64,000 bases of DNA, from the IMG/VR virus record IMGVR_UViG_3300021958_000044, positions 1 through 64,000 of that record; one strand, written 5' to 3'. Origin of the DNA: a virus (taxonomy: Duplodnaviria > Caudoviricetes). Every line of letters begins with the position of its first letter. Position 1 is the first letter of the stretch. The position numbers were made by a program, and so were the translations under genes. The notes beneath the pieces were generated by a model, which saw only the letters and a program-made list of their open reading frames with translations, was not told where the DNA came from and searched no databases. Positions 31,101 through 40,093 of the stretch are shown here, piece by piece.

Positions 31101-31578
31101 CACCTGTTATTTCAATTCCTTCTAGTGACTTTAATATTGCTACGTCTGGTGCGTAACACTCAATGTATCTTGGTCTTCTATAACTTGCATCAGATGGCTT
31201 AATCACGTCCTCGGAAGGATAGAACACTGTAGCATTATCATTAAAAACTATTCTAAAAAGTAATTGAATTGCTCGTTGTGATCCTTTTGATTTATAAAAG
31301 TCAAATATATTTTTTATGGTTAATCTATCATCAGATTTGATAAGACCTGGCAGGTCTTTTAAGTATGTTCTTTTAAACTCTTCAAGAAACTGAGACGTTG
31401 TTTTATCTATATCTCTATATTCAATTTGGTTTCTAGCAACGTCTACTGTATTACCAGATTGCTCCATCCATTCATAATATGCCTCAAGAAATACACGAAA
31501 CGATTCCCCTTCTTCAGCATAGAAGGCAGGAAACTGATCTTTTACAAATAAAGAAATCTGATCATCGATTTCTCTCAT
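28111..31578 (-). CDS. gp7: Baseplate wedge initiator gp7-like (1155 aa)
   Basis: QFPAFYAEE, FYKSKGSQRAIQLLFRIVF, C-terminal YIHDNNFYQSYSY...HVAGTRLFG; lies between gp6 and gp8. Confidence 0.88.
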   Translation of the reverse strand: MREIDDQISLFVKDQFPAFYAEEGESFRVFLEAYYEWMEQSGNTVDVARNQIEYRDIDKTTSQFLEEFKRTYLKDLPGLIKSDDRLTIKNIFDFYKSKGSQRAIQLLFRIVFNDNATVFYPSEDVIKPSDASYRRPRYIECYAPDVAILKSLEGIEITGATSGAKAFVESISTKLLNNVRTNVLRLSNLRGNFLRGELLSKSSDGIQDNMPIVTGSLSDINITLGGSNNAIGDIFNVTGPQGKQGLARVTSIADATGLVSFDLANGGFGFSTNTEFTAINVNDQNVVVANVVNEAQTYSNTVESAYDYVGKRIDNAQFIRFETVDQTLEEISILSGVAFNSNIQNFIANTENETTSPWITGRDSGNTVIANGYVVNLNVTNTGESAVLIAPITGSFGNQNELTITLADSTHTFQVRERIDEEDQVELEYASNTDAFTAGDIIQGDESNANGVVESVNATHITVNGSFGTWVANDNVYIVSANSTTANVTGINVTTQGANAEVSSANSTVLNVADIVGEFTQNKKVKGQRTNAIATIDAGGVAVTGVSDVFFNDTNGTQAVVDTYANATVTAEVIGSNATNVGFRNTRYPANNSVATFVANTSAYIVGRDSNTFANIVTVGTGSGATFKIGSLENEDAITIYTDFIGDNNSANVAYLDCVIDGGNSGIGFLDSIDITDGGNNYEPGQTIVFDRGGPGGGPPNINAVATITTVTTNATHTNTVTSITVTNPGDGFFTSSPANSDNLSVGTGLTFDTNFDFGYGFPKDSDGDYTSILDTVLTRYSGNIGTISSLTEINPGNNYNFDPFLSVYSGGIAKFDKRDVILYLEDKNGTFIVGENVNQTVTNPGQTLTISTITGSYSNGDPYAATIEDFTIGSSVQQVINSTANAIGDIFQSDTNTISIVNPRIKIFNAAASVFEYNAANLIPFVSSASNLVFSVSPNTEINVASVSAEITAVGQVVQSAVSKGQVYAQGDDPQQVRLRRLSFAVGFNDSGPVTGSLSGATGTVIGIQADEDTRPIGDNADINATAQAANGIVTSVEVIDSGYGYQHDSTVTLVSTNTAQNIVVSGTANVTTTGLGQGFWADKTSFLNNKYIHDNNFYQSYSYLIESGLSLDKYRDIVLKSAHVAGTRLFGRVIKQSTVNNEVTIANSSIEAI

Positions 31579-33368
31579 TACAACCTCTCTTGAACGATCG
31601 TAATACCTGGAGTCTTGTTATAACTTAAAATGATATTCTTATCAGACTTAATTGTTCTGCGTTTAGGTGTAGCACTAATCTTAATTGAGTCGCCAGAAAA
31701 AGCACTTACTAAAAATGAGTTCAACGTAACTGTCCCTGTCTCATAATTTACAGAACCTGCATCTGGTGAAACAATTTGAAGAGTAGCATTTTGTTGTTGA
31801 ATAATTTGTATTTTTCCTAAACCATCATCTCTAAGTATGCATCCATTCAATCCACCAAACGTAAACGTGGTAGATGTTATAGGAGAGCTTCCGTCAACAA
31901 ATCGGTTATTGAGAGGAATCTCTCTAAGAATCTCATTATTAAATTGTAATACAAACGTCACCGCAACACCAAGTATTGGAATAATTTTCTTTTCTAATAT
32001 TACGTCTGTGTCATTATTAAGAATAGAAGGATCGGCTGCATCTATTGCTGCTGACACTTTGGATACTCTTAATGTAGCTGCAAAATCATTTATCTCTGCA
32101 TCTGCGTGTGCCTGAATTGCATTTTGCACTACCGACTTAATCTCATTATCACTTTTAACGGTGACATTAGGATTATACCTTACTGAGGTAATAATGTCAA
32201 CGAATAAAAACTCTGGATCAATAACTCTAGGTTCAATAGATAAAGGCGCTCTTAATTTTAAGAAGTTCTCTATATCTCTCTTTCTTGATAAAGGGATACC
32301 CTCTGCGTTCTTGAGATCAACTGATACCAACACTTTACCAAACTGTGGCGGAATAGCTTCTTCCCCGCCGTATACATTCAAAGCCTCTATATCATTAAAA
32401 TTCTGCAACAAAAGTGTTTTGTAATCATTGACTGTTACAGTTCTGTCTTGTAATGATAAGGACCTAGAAGCATTCTTTTTAATTGAGTCGAGAGTCTCTC
32501 CAACACTGCCGCCTTGAGCAGAGGATCTAGTAAATATTACTACATTGCTGTACCCTTGTATGTTACCAGATAATGCAAAATTGTTTGCGCTGTTTGGTCC
32601 ATCAGCATCAGATCTTCTATAAATTGCTTCAATAATATTTCCGTTTTCTAATGGTCTTCCTAGAATACCGTCACCAAACTGTACTTCATACTTGCCAGTT
32701 TCAGCCGGCACTACAAAGTATGTGTTAGTAGTTCCATCAATACCAATAGTATTAAGGTTTCTCGTCCACTGTGAATTAGATGTGTCAGATGCTGACGCAA
32801 CGACTTTGACAGTTAAACTATTGACATCTACATCTGGATTACTTAACACAAATCTTTGTTCGGTGTTAGAAGTGGATACTGTAAACAATTCAGTAATAAT
32901 ATTTCCTTCAAATATTTCTACATCGCTCGCAATATAGTTTCCATTTGCATCAGCTGATACTGTTATAGACTCGTCTGTTGTAAAAATATAAGAGTTTGAT
33001 TCTACAGATGTAGTGAATTCTGTGTGTTTAGGTATGGCAATTTGTGCTGGCGTGTCATTTGGATAAATTGAAATATCTACAACAGCTTTTGCACTTGAGT
33101 ATGACGAAGGCAAGTAGTTTAATGTTTTTGCGTGAGAGACAATGCTATCCCTTAATACAGCACTATTAAGAAACGATTCGTTTGCTACCATGTTAAGGTA
33201 GAAGTTCTGCATGAACGTGTTATAGGAAAGAACGTCCAGCAATACGTTTAAATTGGATCCTGTAAAATCATAATCCTTTAGTGCAGATTGCGTCTGCAAG
33301 AAAGTTTGAAGATCTGATTTAATATCTTCAAAATTAATATTAGCTACTGAAAGTGATGTATTTGCCAT
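31578..33368 (-). CDS. gp6: Baseplate wedge subunit gp6
   Basis: INFEDIKSDL...DYDFTGSNLNVLLDVLSYNT...ESFLNSAVLRDSIVSHAKTLNYLP; DRTVTVNDY. Confidence 0.95.
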   Translation of the reverse strand: MANTSLSVANINFEDIKSDLQTFLQTQSALKDYDFTGSNLNVLLDVLSYNTFMQNFYLNMVANESFLNSAVLRDSIVSHAKTLNYLPSSYSSAKAVVDISIYPNDTPAQIAIPKHTEFTTSVESNSYIFTTDESITVSADANGNYIASDVEIFEGNIITELFTVSTSNTEQRFVLSNPDVDVNSLTVKVVASASDTSNSQWTRNLNTIGIDGTTNTYFVVPAETGKYEVQFGDGILGRPLENGNIIEAIYRRSDADGPNSANNFALSGNIQGYSNVVIFTRSSAQGGSVGETLDSIKKNASRSLSLQDRTVTVNDYKTLLLQNFNDIEALNVYGGEEAIPPQFGKVLVSVDLKNAEGIPLSRKRDIENFLKLRAPLSIEPRVIDPEFLFVDIITSVRYNPNVTVKSDNEIKSVVQNAIQAHADAEINDFAATLRVSKVSAAIDAADPSILNNDTDVILEKKIIPILGVAVTFVLQFNNEILREIPLNNRFVDGSSPITSTTFTFGGLNGCILRDDGLGKIQIIQQQNATLQIVSPDAGSVNYETGTVTLNSFLVSAFSGDSIKISATPKRRTIKSDKNIILSYNKTPGITIVQERL

Positions 33369-33748
33369 TATCCTATTCTCTCTATTTGTAAATCTAGCAA
33401 CGCGGGCTCATCATTATTTATTACCATAAATTTCAACGACACTAGCAGTAGGTTGTTATCATCGTCTGCACTGACATCAATGTCAATTATAGACGCCCTT
33501 GGCTCATGATTGTCTATTGTCTCCGTTATGTATTGCTTGATTAACCTAACAGTGGTTGGTGTAAAGTTTTCAAACAACAGCGATCTTATTTTAGAACCAA
33601 CACTAGGCTGCATTAATCTTTCGCCTCGGTTAGTTAATATTAAATTTCTTACTGACTGCTTCACAGCCGCTACGTCAGTTTTTAGCGACAAGTCTCTCTT
33701 CACTGGGTGAACAGCAAGGCTGGTGTTGAAGTCAGAAAAAGTACTCAT
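33368..33748 (-). CDS. gp25: Baseplate wedge subunit gp25
   Basis: AVKQSVRNLILTNRGERLMQPSVGS...IDNHEPRA signature. Confidence 0.93.
   Translation of the reverse strand: MSTFSDFNTSLAVHPVKRDLSLKTDVAAVKQSVRNLILTNRGERLMQPSVGSKIRSLLFENFTPTTVRLIKQYITETIDNHEPRASIIDIDVSADDDNNLLLVSLKFMVINNDEPALLDLQIERIG
33415..33422 (-). promoter_or_regulatory. Late promoter variant AATAAATA inside the end of gp25
   Basis: One mismatch to TATAAATA, about 47 nt upstream of the gp6 start. Confidence 0.5.
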
Positions 33749-33753
33749 GAGTT

Positions 33754-33761
33754 TATTTATT
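33754..33761 (-). promoter_or_regulatory. Late promoter variant AATAAATA
   Basis: Intergenic, 5 nt upstream of the gp25 ATG. Confidence 0.65.
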
Positions 33762-33768
33762 AATCCTT

Positions 33769-34827
33769 TTAAACTATCTCTATGAATTGTAAAGCTCTAA
33801 TTTGTGATTCGTAAGAAGAAAATCCTTTAGTAAACTTTTTAACCTCTGCATCAGGAATTTTGGGAGGCGTTGGAGCTGTATCCATACTTGAAAGCACTTT
33901 ATTATCCCAATACTTCTTCCTTGATTCAGCTGTTATATCAAGGTCTACAGTAATCCTAGTATACAACACAGCGTTCTTTTCAGCAACTAATTGAGCGTCT
34001 ACTGGTTGTTGCGCATCCTTAGCTGCTTGAATTTGTTCTTTGAGAGCAAACAATTTTTTTCTTAAAGGAGTGAGCTCATTTCGTTGACGTAAATTTTTAT
34101 CTTTTACAATCTGGTTAAACGTTAGTTTTTGTTCTTTGGTTTGTCCCTTTTCTCTTGTCTTTACAGTAGCAGATGAGTTTAATGGAGCATTGTGTTTTGG
34201 TGGAGCTGGTTCTGCTCCTGTTTTCTTTTCAGGCAATGCAGCTGCTACTGCTGCGTCTATGGTTGGCAATATAGAAGGAACGCCTTTTTTAACTATGTTG
34301 CCTAGAGCATCCTTTTCAATATTAGGCACCTTTTGACATATATCATTCAATGCACCCTCAATAGACTGACCACCACTAAATGGTAATTCAAAACCGCCGA
34401 CTGCTCCTAGTATACTTTCTGGAGATGACAAATCTGTATTAAGTAAATCAGTAACTTTGCCAGCAAGGTTATTCATTTTATCTGCATCAATTCCTGCTGA
34501 TGCTAGAATTCCATTTACATCTAATCCTGGAAAATTGTCTTGAATGCTATTAAAAGATTCTAAAAACTTTTTTGGATCATTTGCTGCCGCCATCATTTCA
34601 TTCATTGTATCTTGTAGGTTAGCTTGAGGAACAGGCAGCTCAGGTGCAATCTCATCTAACTTGCTTTGCATTGCATCAGTTATAGTTCCTTTGATTTTAT
34701 CTTTAAGACCCAGCACGGCACTAGCAATACCCTCATTGGCATCTGCTATTAATCCATTAATTTCTCCTTTAACGGAATCTATCTGATCATTTAGAGCTGT
34801 TGCTGCTTCTGGTAGTCCACATGCCAT
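33769..34827 (-). CDS. Hypothetical protein between gp5 and gp25 (352 aa)
   Basis: Long ORF with SD AGGAG; helical character; no recognised motif. Confidence 0.8.
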   Translation of the reverse strand: MACGLPEAATALNDQIDSVKGEINGLIADANEGIASAVLGLKDKIKGTITDAMQSKLDEIAPELPVPQANLQDTMNEMMAAANDPKKFLESFNSIQDNFPGLDVNGILASAGIDADKMNNLAGKVTDLLNTDLSSPESILGAVGGFELPFSGGQSIEGALNDICQKVPNIEKDALGNIVKKGVPSILPTIDAAVAAALPEKKTGAEPAPPKHNAPLNSSATVKTREKGQTKEQKLTFNQIVKDKNLRQRNELTPLRKKLFALKEQIQAAKDAQQPVDAQLVAEKNAVLYTRITVDLDITAESRKKYWDNKVLSSMDTAPTPPKIPDAEVKKFTKGFSSYESQIRALQFIEIV

Positions 34828-34830
34828 ATA

Positions 34831-36333
34831 TTACTCCTGTGTATCTGAATTAGGCGAGTCAGAAGTATTTTTCTCATCCGCATTAGATCCATCTCCAGTA
34901 TCCATCGATGTTGTTTGATGTGTATGAGTATGCAATGTAACATTAGTGTCAGTAATGTTACCAGATACTACGTCTATTGAACCATCTGCATAATCAATAG
35001 TACCAGTAGAAGCATCGATGTCCTGAGTATTTGCTGTAATTGTTTGAGTTTTAACTACATTGATTAATTGGTTGTTTTCTGTTTCGATCTTCATATCATT
35101 AATACTCTTGATCGTCATTTTCTCAGCCGCTGCAATAGCAATGTTATTACCAGCACCAATATCAATGTTCTCTGCAACTAACCACGTTACATTATTTGCA
35201 CAAGTTCTTTTTGATGAGTCTAAGTTAGTTACTGTCTCTTCTTTATTAATAGTCTCGTCGTGCTTGCCGCCAATAGATTCTGTAAAGTTGCCGACAGTAA
35301 TCTCATCTTTATTTTTTGAAACTCTTTCTCTCTTGTTTCCATTTATTTGTGTCGACTTGTCTGATATAATTTCTTTGGCTTCATTACCTTGAACTTTCTT
35401 AACATAATCTCCAACAACAGTTAAGAAATAATTGCCTCCTATTTCTTCCACCTTGTCGCCTTTGATTAGTAATCTTGCGTCACCATCAATCGTAACGTTT
35501 ACATTACCTCTAATATAAACATCTTTGTCCTTAAGAGTTATCTCATAGTCGGTTCCATTAATTTTAGTTACTCTATTGCCGTCTGGCTGTATTTCTTGGA
35601 AGGTTCCAGTCGAATGCAGCATATGTATTCTTTCGCCATCTGGTGTATCATCTACTTCAAATAAATGTCCGCCTTCAGTGTACCAAGTGTGATTTAATGG
35701 ATATGCTGATTGGATATGGTCCTCAGGATAATCATCGTCCTGTCCACCAAATCTTGGATGTGGCTCTTTCCAAGCAGTCGGTTCGTAATACTTGTCATCT
35801 TTGTTTGCAAGAACAGACTCTATTTTGGATCCCTTTGCACTTTCTACTACGCCAAACTCATCTTTATTCTTTCTTTTTTCTATTAGCAAATCATGTGATT
35901 CAGCATCTTCGCCTCTTGCATGTCTATCAACAGAACTCTCGTATAATGATGATAAGCCTGGATCATCTTTTGGATATACTCCATTTGGATCATAAAATCC
36001 TTTTCCAGGATTTGGCTCCTCGCTAGGATTACCTGCTAGCGATCCCATAACTAAAGGCTGTTGGTATTCGCCCTCATCTAAAAAGACTCCAAACACCCAT
36101 GTGCCTTCTACAACACCTGTTGGCGATCTACCTATTCCACTAATTGCTGGCGATGTAATAGGCTGTAATACTAACGCCCAAGGTAATTTTTCTGTTGGCA
36201 ATAATCCTTTGTCATCTGTATGGACACTATAAATCCTAACTTTAAGTCTTCCAAGGAACATAGGATCATTCCTGTCCTCAACGACGCCGACAAAATGTCG
36301 CATATTTGTAAAACTTTTTGATCCACTATCCAT
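34831..36333 (-). CDS. gp5: Baseplate central spike gp5-like, lacking a lysozyme domain (500 aa)
   Basis: OB-fold start FVGVVEDRNDPMFLGRLKVRI; YPLNH...GHLFEVDDTPDGERI; V-x-G beta-helix repeats; terminal LHTHTH. Confidence 0.9.
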   Translation of the reverse strand: MDSGSKSFTNMRHFVGVVEDRNDPMFLGRLKVRIYSVHTDDKGLLPTEKLPWALVLQPITSPAISGIGRSPTGVVEGTWVFGVFLDEGEYQQPLVMGSLAGNPSEEPNPGKGFYDPNGVYPKDDPGLSSLYESSVDRHARGEDAESHDLLIEKRKNKDEFGVVESAKGSKIESVLANKDDKYYEPTAWKEPHPRFGGQDDDYPEDHIQSAYPLNHTWYTEGGHLFEVDDTPDGERIHMLHSTGTFQEIQPDGNRVTKINGTDYEITLKDKDVYIRGNVNVTIDGDARLLIKGDKVEEIGGNYFLTVVGDYVKKVQGNEAKEIISDKSTQINGNKRERVSKNKDEITVGNFTESIGGKHDETINKEETVTNLDSSKRTCANNVTWLVAENIDIGAGNNIAIAAAEKMTIKSINDMKIETENNQLINVVKTQTITANTQDIDASTGTIDYADGSIDVVSGNITDTNVTLHTHTHQTTSMDTGDGSNADEKNTSDSPNSDTQE

Positions 36334-37589
36334 TATGCCACCACGTTCTTACTAGGGTCATCAATATTTGCCCTATAGCTTTCTTTATTTAATACCATGA
36401 CCATGTTATATTCTTTTCTATCGATCATATGAAAAACTCTTGTAACTAGATAGTTTCCAGATACTTTTTGTTCTTGTTCTTTTGTTTCTGTATTGGCAGT
36501 TGTTTCTAACATATTGAGATCAATTACTTTCCCAACCGTCATGTTTGAATTACCTGGCACAAGTAATCTCATTTGCACACCGTTCAAAGAGTCCATATAG
36601 AATCTACGTCTAGGAATCATTTTACCAAAGTTATTATCAAACATAGGATCGCCAATAGTTTTATTGACCCATTTAGTACTGTTATTAATATTCAGATGCC
36701 TATCAATCATTGCTTTACTATCAAACGTCATTGCATCACCGGTCTTATCAAGATGCACAAAATCACCAAAGTTATCTTTTACTAATACACCAAACGTGTG
36801 AACAGTTTGATTAATAAGGTCTATTTCTTTACATTGATTTGCATAAGAACCTAATTTAATCCTTGACATTATATCCTTGTTTGCGTCTATTGTCAACTGC
36901 TCTATGTAAAACTGTGCTTTAGGATCGCCCTTTTCTACTTTTGTATCTGGTGAAAAAATGTATTCAATAGGTGAGTCTTTGTTTTCTTTAATAAGTTGTT
37001 CTATATTGTGAAAATTAAATCCATCTAAACTTTCATAAAAAGTAAACAGGCTTGAGGTAAAAGTTGCGTTCATTGCTCTTCTAGCTAAGAACACCATTGC
37101 TTCGTAAGGCGTCATTCCAGGTATTACAAATCTATCTACGCCGTTAGTAGGATGAACACTTAATGGTCTACTACTACCAAGCATTCCAAACACATCTTTA
37201 ACTGCTGAGCCTATTTGTGATATGTATCCCTTGCTAACGTCCATCGTTGATTGTGTATAATGTTCTGGTGTTACGCCAAACATTTCATATATTTTGCCAT
37301 ACCCATAATTTGGATCTGGTGTTACTTCAATTTTATATACTTGGAATACTATGCTTACTTGTTTGTCTCCAGGACTTTCAAAAGTCAGTTCGTATGTTTC
37401 TGTGCCATCAAAGTCTACTTTATTAAAAGCATCCCCAACGTCTGGAACAATTATTTTAGATTTCAATGAATCAGAATATATGTCTTCTTCAATTTCTATT
37501 TTTGTAAATCCAGCAGTAACGTCAAGCTCCCCTTTTGCATGCTTGAATATTACTTCTTCAATTTTGTAACTTTTTGGTATGTAAGTCAT
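36333..37589 (-). CDS. Baseplate hub protein, gp27-like (418 aa)
   Basis: Lies between gp53 and gp5; FVIPGMTPYEAM, FTFYE, VPGNSNMTVGKVI, SGNYLVTRVFH motifs. Confidence 0.75.
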   Translation of the reverse strand: MTYIPKSYKIEEVIFKHAKGELDVTAGFTKIEIEEDIYSDSLKSKIIVPDVGDAFNKVDFDGTETYELTFESPGDKQVSIVFQVYKIEVTPDPNYGYGKIYEMFGVTPEHYTQSTMDVSKGYISQIGSAVKDVFGMLGSSRPLSVHPTNGVDRFVIPGMTPYEAMVFLARRAMNATFTSSLFTFYESLDGFNFHNIEQLIKENKDSPIEYIFSPDTKVEKGDPKAQFYIEQLTIDANKDIMSRIKLGSYANQCKEIDLINQTVHTFGVLVKDNFGDFVHLDKTGDAMTFDSKAMIDRHLNINNSTKWVNKTIGDPMFDNNFGKMIPRRRFYMDSLNGVQMRLLVPGNSNMTVGKVIDLNMLETTANTETKEQEQKVSGNYLVTRVFHMIDRKEYNMVMVLNKESYRANIDDPSKNVVA

Positions 37590-38122
37590 TATGTGTTCAT
37601 TGCGCTCTTCAATTGTTTAGCTGCTTGTGACGCAAGCCTGTAATCAACAAGTTTAATTTGTCTCTTTGCATCATTAGCTTCATCTTCAAACGTATATGCA
37701 TAGACTGGCGTGTATTGTGATGCTTGTATTTTACCAAACGTTCCATTTAGCGTATACGTATCTGTTGAAATTATTGTTCCGTTTGTTTTGTGCTTATAGT
37801 GAAGAATTTTACTTTGAGCTTCTTCAACGGATCCATACTTAGCAATCAAATGTCTTCTAAATTGTTCTTGTGTTAATGGCCACTCGTAATATGGATCCAC
37901 AATATCGTTTGCTAAGAAGATTAACCATAGTAGTGAAGGGTCTTTATAATAACCAGCAGCGACTTGGTCTGGACGCATATCGTGCTCAATTACATAATCG
38001 TAGAATGCTAATGGATTAGACAGTATTGATTCTTTTAGTCTAGGTCTTGCAATAATATTTCTTGCAATTTTAGCATTGTATTCTATAATAGGAAAATTTT
38101 TAAAATAAGACTTACTGGCCAC
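37589..38122 (-). CDS. gp53: Baseplate wedge subunit gp53
   Basis: YFKNFPIIEY, RPDQVAAGYY, WLIFLANDIVDPYYEWPL, ILHY. Confidence 0.92.
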   Translation of the reverse strand: MASKSYFKNFPIIEYNAKIARNIIARPRLKESILSNPLAFYDYVIEHDMRPDQVAAGYYKDPSLLWLIFLANDIVDPYYEWPLTQEQFRRHLIAKYGSVEEAQSKILHYKHKTNGTIISTDTYTLNGTFGKIQASQYTPVYAYTFEDEANDAKRQIKLVDYRLASQAAKQLKSAMNT

Positions 38123-38978
38123 CTGCTAACTCCTCGTAATCTTCTGCAGTCCAAATTTCTACTTCTTGGAATTGCATGGTTAAATCTACAAATGCTGGAG
38201 CTCCAGTTCCTTTGAATAAAGAGTTACCACCTTCAGGCTGATAGTTTACATCAAACCCTGTAACCGCTGCTCTTTTAAAATAATGTAAAAAGTCGCCTGA
38301 TCCAACATAAAATAAATCAACTTGGTTTGGATATTTTAAGAAGAAGTTGTTCTCTCCTTCCTCATATTTTGGATGAATGTTTGCTTGTATTCCATATATC
38401 ATGCTTTTAAGAGCTATCGATTCTGCTTCAGATGCAGGGGCGAGTTTCCAGTTAAGTGAAAATGTTTTTAATCCAACCGATTGGAACAATAAAGCAATGT
38501 GAGGGTTTACTACGTTGCCAAGAGCTAGGTCAGAAGCATTTTTTAAATCTTGCGAAGGGTTTAGTGCTCTTACTGCTGCTCCACCAAGCGACATTAAGTT
38601 CTCTGTTTCTTTTTTATAATCAATTGCAGCAGCTGCTTCAGAGGATGCTTCTGGGCTTCCTGCGTTGTCAAATTTGCTAACCGCTTCACCAACAATAGAC
38701 GATAACGCTGCCCCTACAACACCAAGGTCTTGAGCATTATAGTTCAATGCTGCTTTATCATTTATTCCTTGTCCAGGCAAAGGTAGTGCAAATGATGCTA
38801 CTGTGCTGTCGGATCCTTGGCCATCATTAAAACTATACTCAACAAAATGCATTACAAACTGATGATCTGACAAGTCACTAGGAAACGAGAACCCTTTAGC
38901 ACCAGAGTTCTTAGTTGTTTCTCTTTCTATTCTTTGTTTGGCCGTCATCGGCCCTTTTCGTTTTCTTCCAACTTCCAT
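38112..38978 (-). CDS. gp48: Baseplate tail-tube cap gp48-like
   Basis: VVNPHIALLFQSVGLKTFSLNWKLAPASEAES...FLKYP...LTMQFQEVEI. Confidence 0.85.
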   Translation of the reverse strand: MEVGRKRKGPMTAKQRIERETTKNSGAKGFSFPSDLSDHQFVMHFVEYSFNDGQGSDSTVASFALPLPGQGINDKAALNYNAQDLGVVGAALSSIVGEAVSKFDNAGSPEASSEAAAAIDYKKETENLMSLGGAAVRALNPSQDLKNASDLALGNVVNPHIALLFQSVGLKTFSLNWKLAPASEAESIALKSMIYGIQANIHPKYEEGENNFFLKYPNQVDLFYVGSGDFLHYFKRAAVTGFDVNYQPEGGNSLFKGTGAPAFVDLTMQFQEVEIWTAEDYEELAGGQ

Positions 38979-38999
38979 TATTGTTTCCTAAATAGTTCT

Positions 39000-39428
39000 A
39001 TGGCTTATAGCGGCAAATTTGTTCCTAAGAACCCAGATAAATATACTGGCAATCCCACTAACATTATTTATAGAAGTTTGTGGGAGTTCAAGCTAATGAA
39101 GTATTTAGATGTCCACTCAGAGATAGTTAAATGGGCATCTGAAGAGTTTTGCATACCATATAGAAGTCCAATAGATAGACGCATGCACAGATACTTTCCT
39201 GATTTTTGGGTTGAAAAGTCAAACGGGGAGCAGCTTGTTATAGAAGTAAAACCAAAGCAGCAACTTAAGCCGCCAAAAAAGCCTCAAAGGCAAACAAGGA
39301 AATATTTAAAAGAAATGCATACGTTCGCAATCAATCAAAGAAAGTTTGAAGCTGCTACAGAGTTTTGTAATAATAGAGGCATGAAGTTTATTATTATGAC
39401 TCAAGATGAGTTAGGAGTAATTGGATAA
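39000..39428 (+). CDS. gp4: Head completion nuclease gp4 (TnsA-like)
   Basis: MAYSGKFVPKNPDKYTGNPTNIIYRSLWE...YFPDF...IEVKP; start placed at ATG 39000 rather than the track's 38934. Confidence 0.92.
   Translation: MAYSGKFVPKNPDKYTGNPTNIIYRSLWEFKLMKYLDVHSEIVKWASEEFCIPYRSPIDRRMHRYFPDFWVEKSNGEQLVIEVKPKQQLKPPKKPQRQTRKYLKEMHTFAINQRKFEAATEFCNNRGMKFIIMTQDELGVIG
39065..39072 (-). promoter_or_regulatory. Late promoter TATAAATA for the gp48-gp53 operon, antisense within gp4
   Basis: Exact consensus 87 nt upstream of the gp48 ATG; the intergenic gap is only 21 nt. Confidence 0.65.
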
Positions 39429-40093
39429 TGCCAGCCTATACATTTGAAAAAGTTTTAAAGCTGACGTCAGAGCAATTCGATTTCGAATTCAAGAGCATGA
39501 AGCAGTTGTATCAACGTGATAACGGAGATCCAATTGAATACTTGAGAGAGGTAGCTCAAGAAGATGCAAGAAGAAATCCTTCAACTGTTCTACAAGGGGT
39601 TGGAAGAACTAAAAGACTTTTGCCAGGACGATTTTATATGTTTAAATACAGTCCTGTTAATAAGTCAAATAGAGAAATTCTACCTTACTATGATATGTTC
39701 CCTGTTGTTCTAGTTGTCAATGTTTATCCAACATACTTTCAAGGAATAAACTTTCATTACTTGCCTCCTATCTATAGAGCTGAGTTAATGGATGAGCTTT
39801 ATAGATTTATCATAGCACCTGAAGTTCAAGCTAAGGATATAGGAAGATCAATTAGAGCTAGATTGAATACCAATAGAGTTAATTATGAGTTTATGTCAAA
39901 AAAATTTAACCTTAGATCGTTTAAGCCTATGTGGAAAAGATATAGAAAGAATAATGTTGTCGGAAACTTTCTGTATATCCCACCAGTTGGTTGGGACGCA
40001 ATTATGATGATGCCTCTAGCTAGGTTCAGAGGATCTAGTATAAATAAAGTATGGAGAGACTCCATACAGAAACGAAGAGAAAGAAATGGCTAA
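39428..40093 (+). CDS. gp2: DNA end protector protein gp2-like
   Basis: PGRFYMFKY, LPYYDMFPVVL, FQGINFHYLPP, MPLARF. Confidence 0.88.
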   Translation: MPAYTFEKVLKLTSEQFDFEFKSMKQLYQRDNGDPIEYLREVAQEDARRNPSTVLQGVGRTKRLLPGRFYMFKYSPVNKSNREILPYYDMFPVVLVVNVYPTYFQGINFHYLPPIYRAELMDELYRFIIAPEVQAKDIGRSIRARLNTNRVNYEFMSKKFNLRSFKPMWKRYRKNNVVGNFLYIPPVGWDAIMMMPLARFRGSSINKVWRDSIQKRRERNG

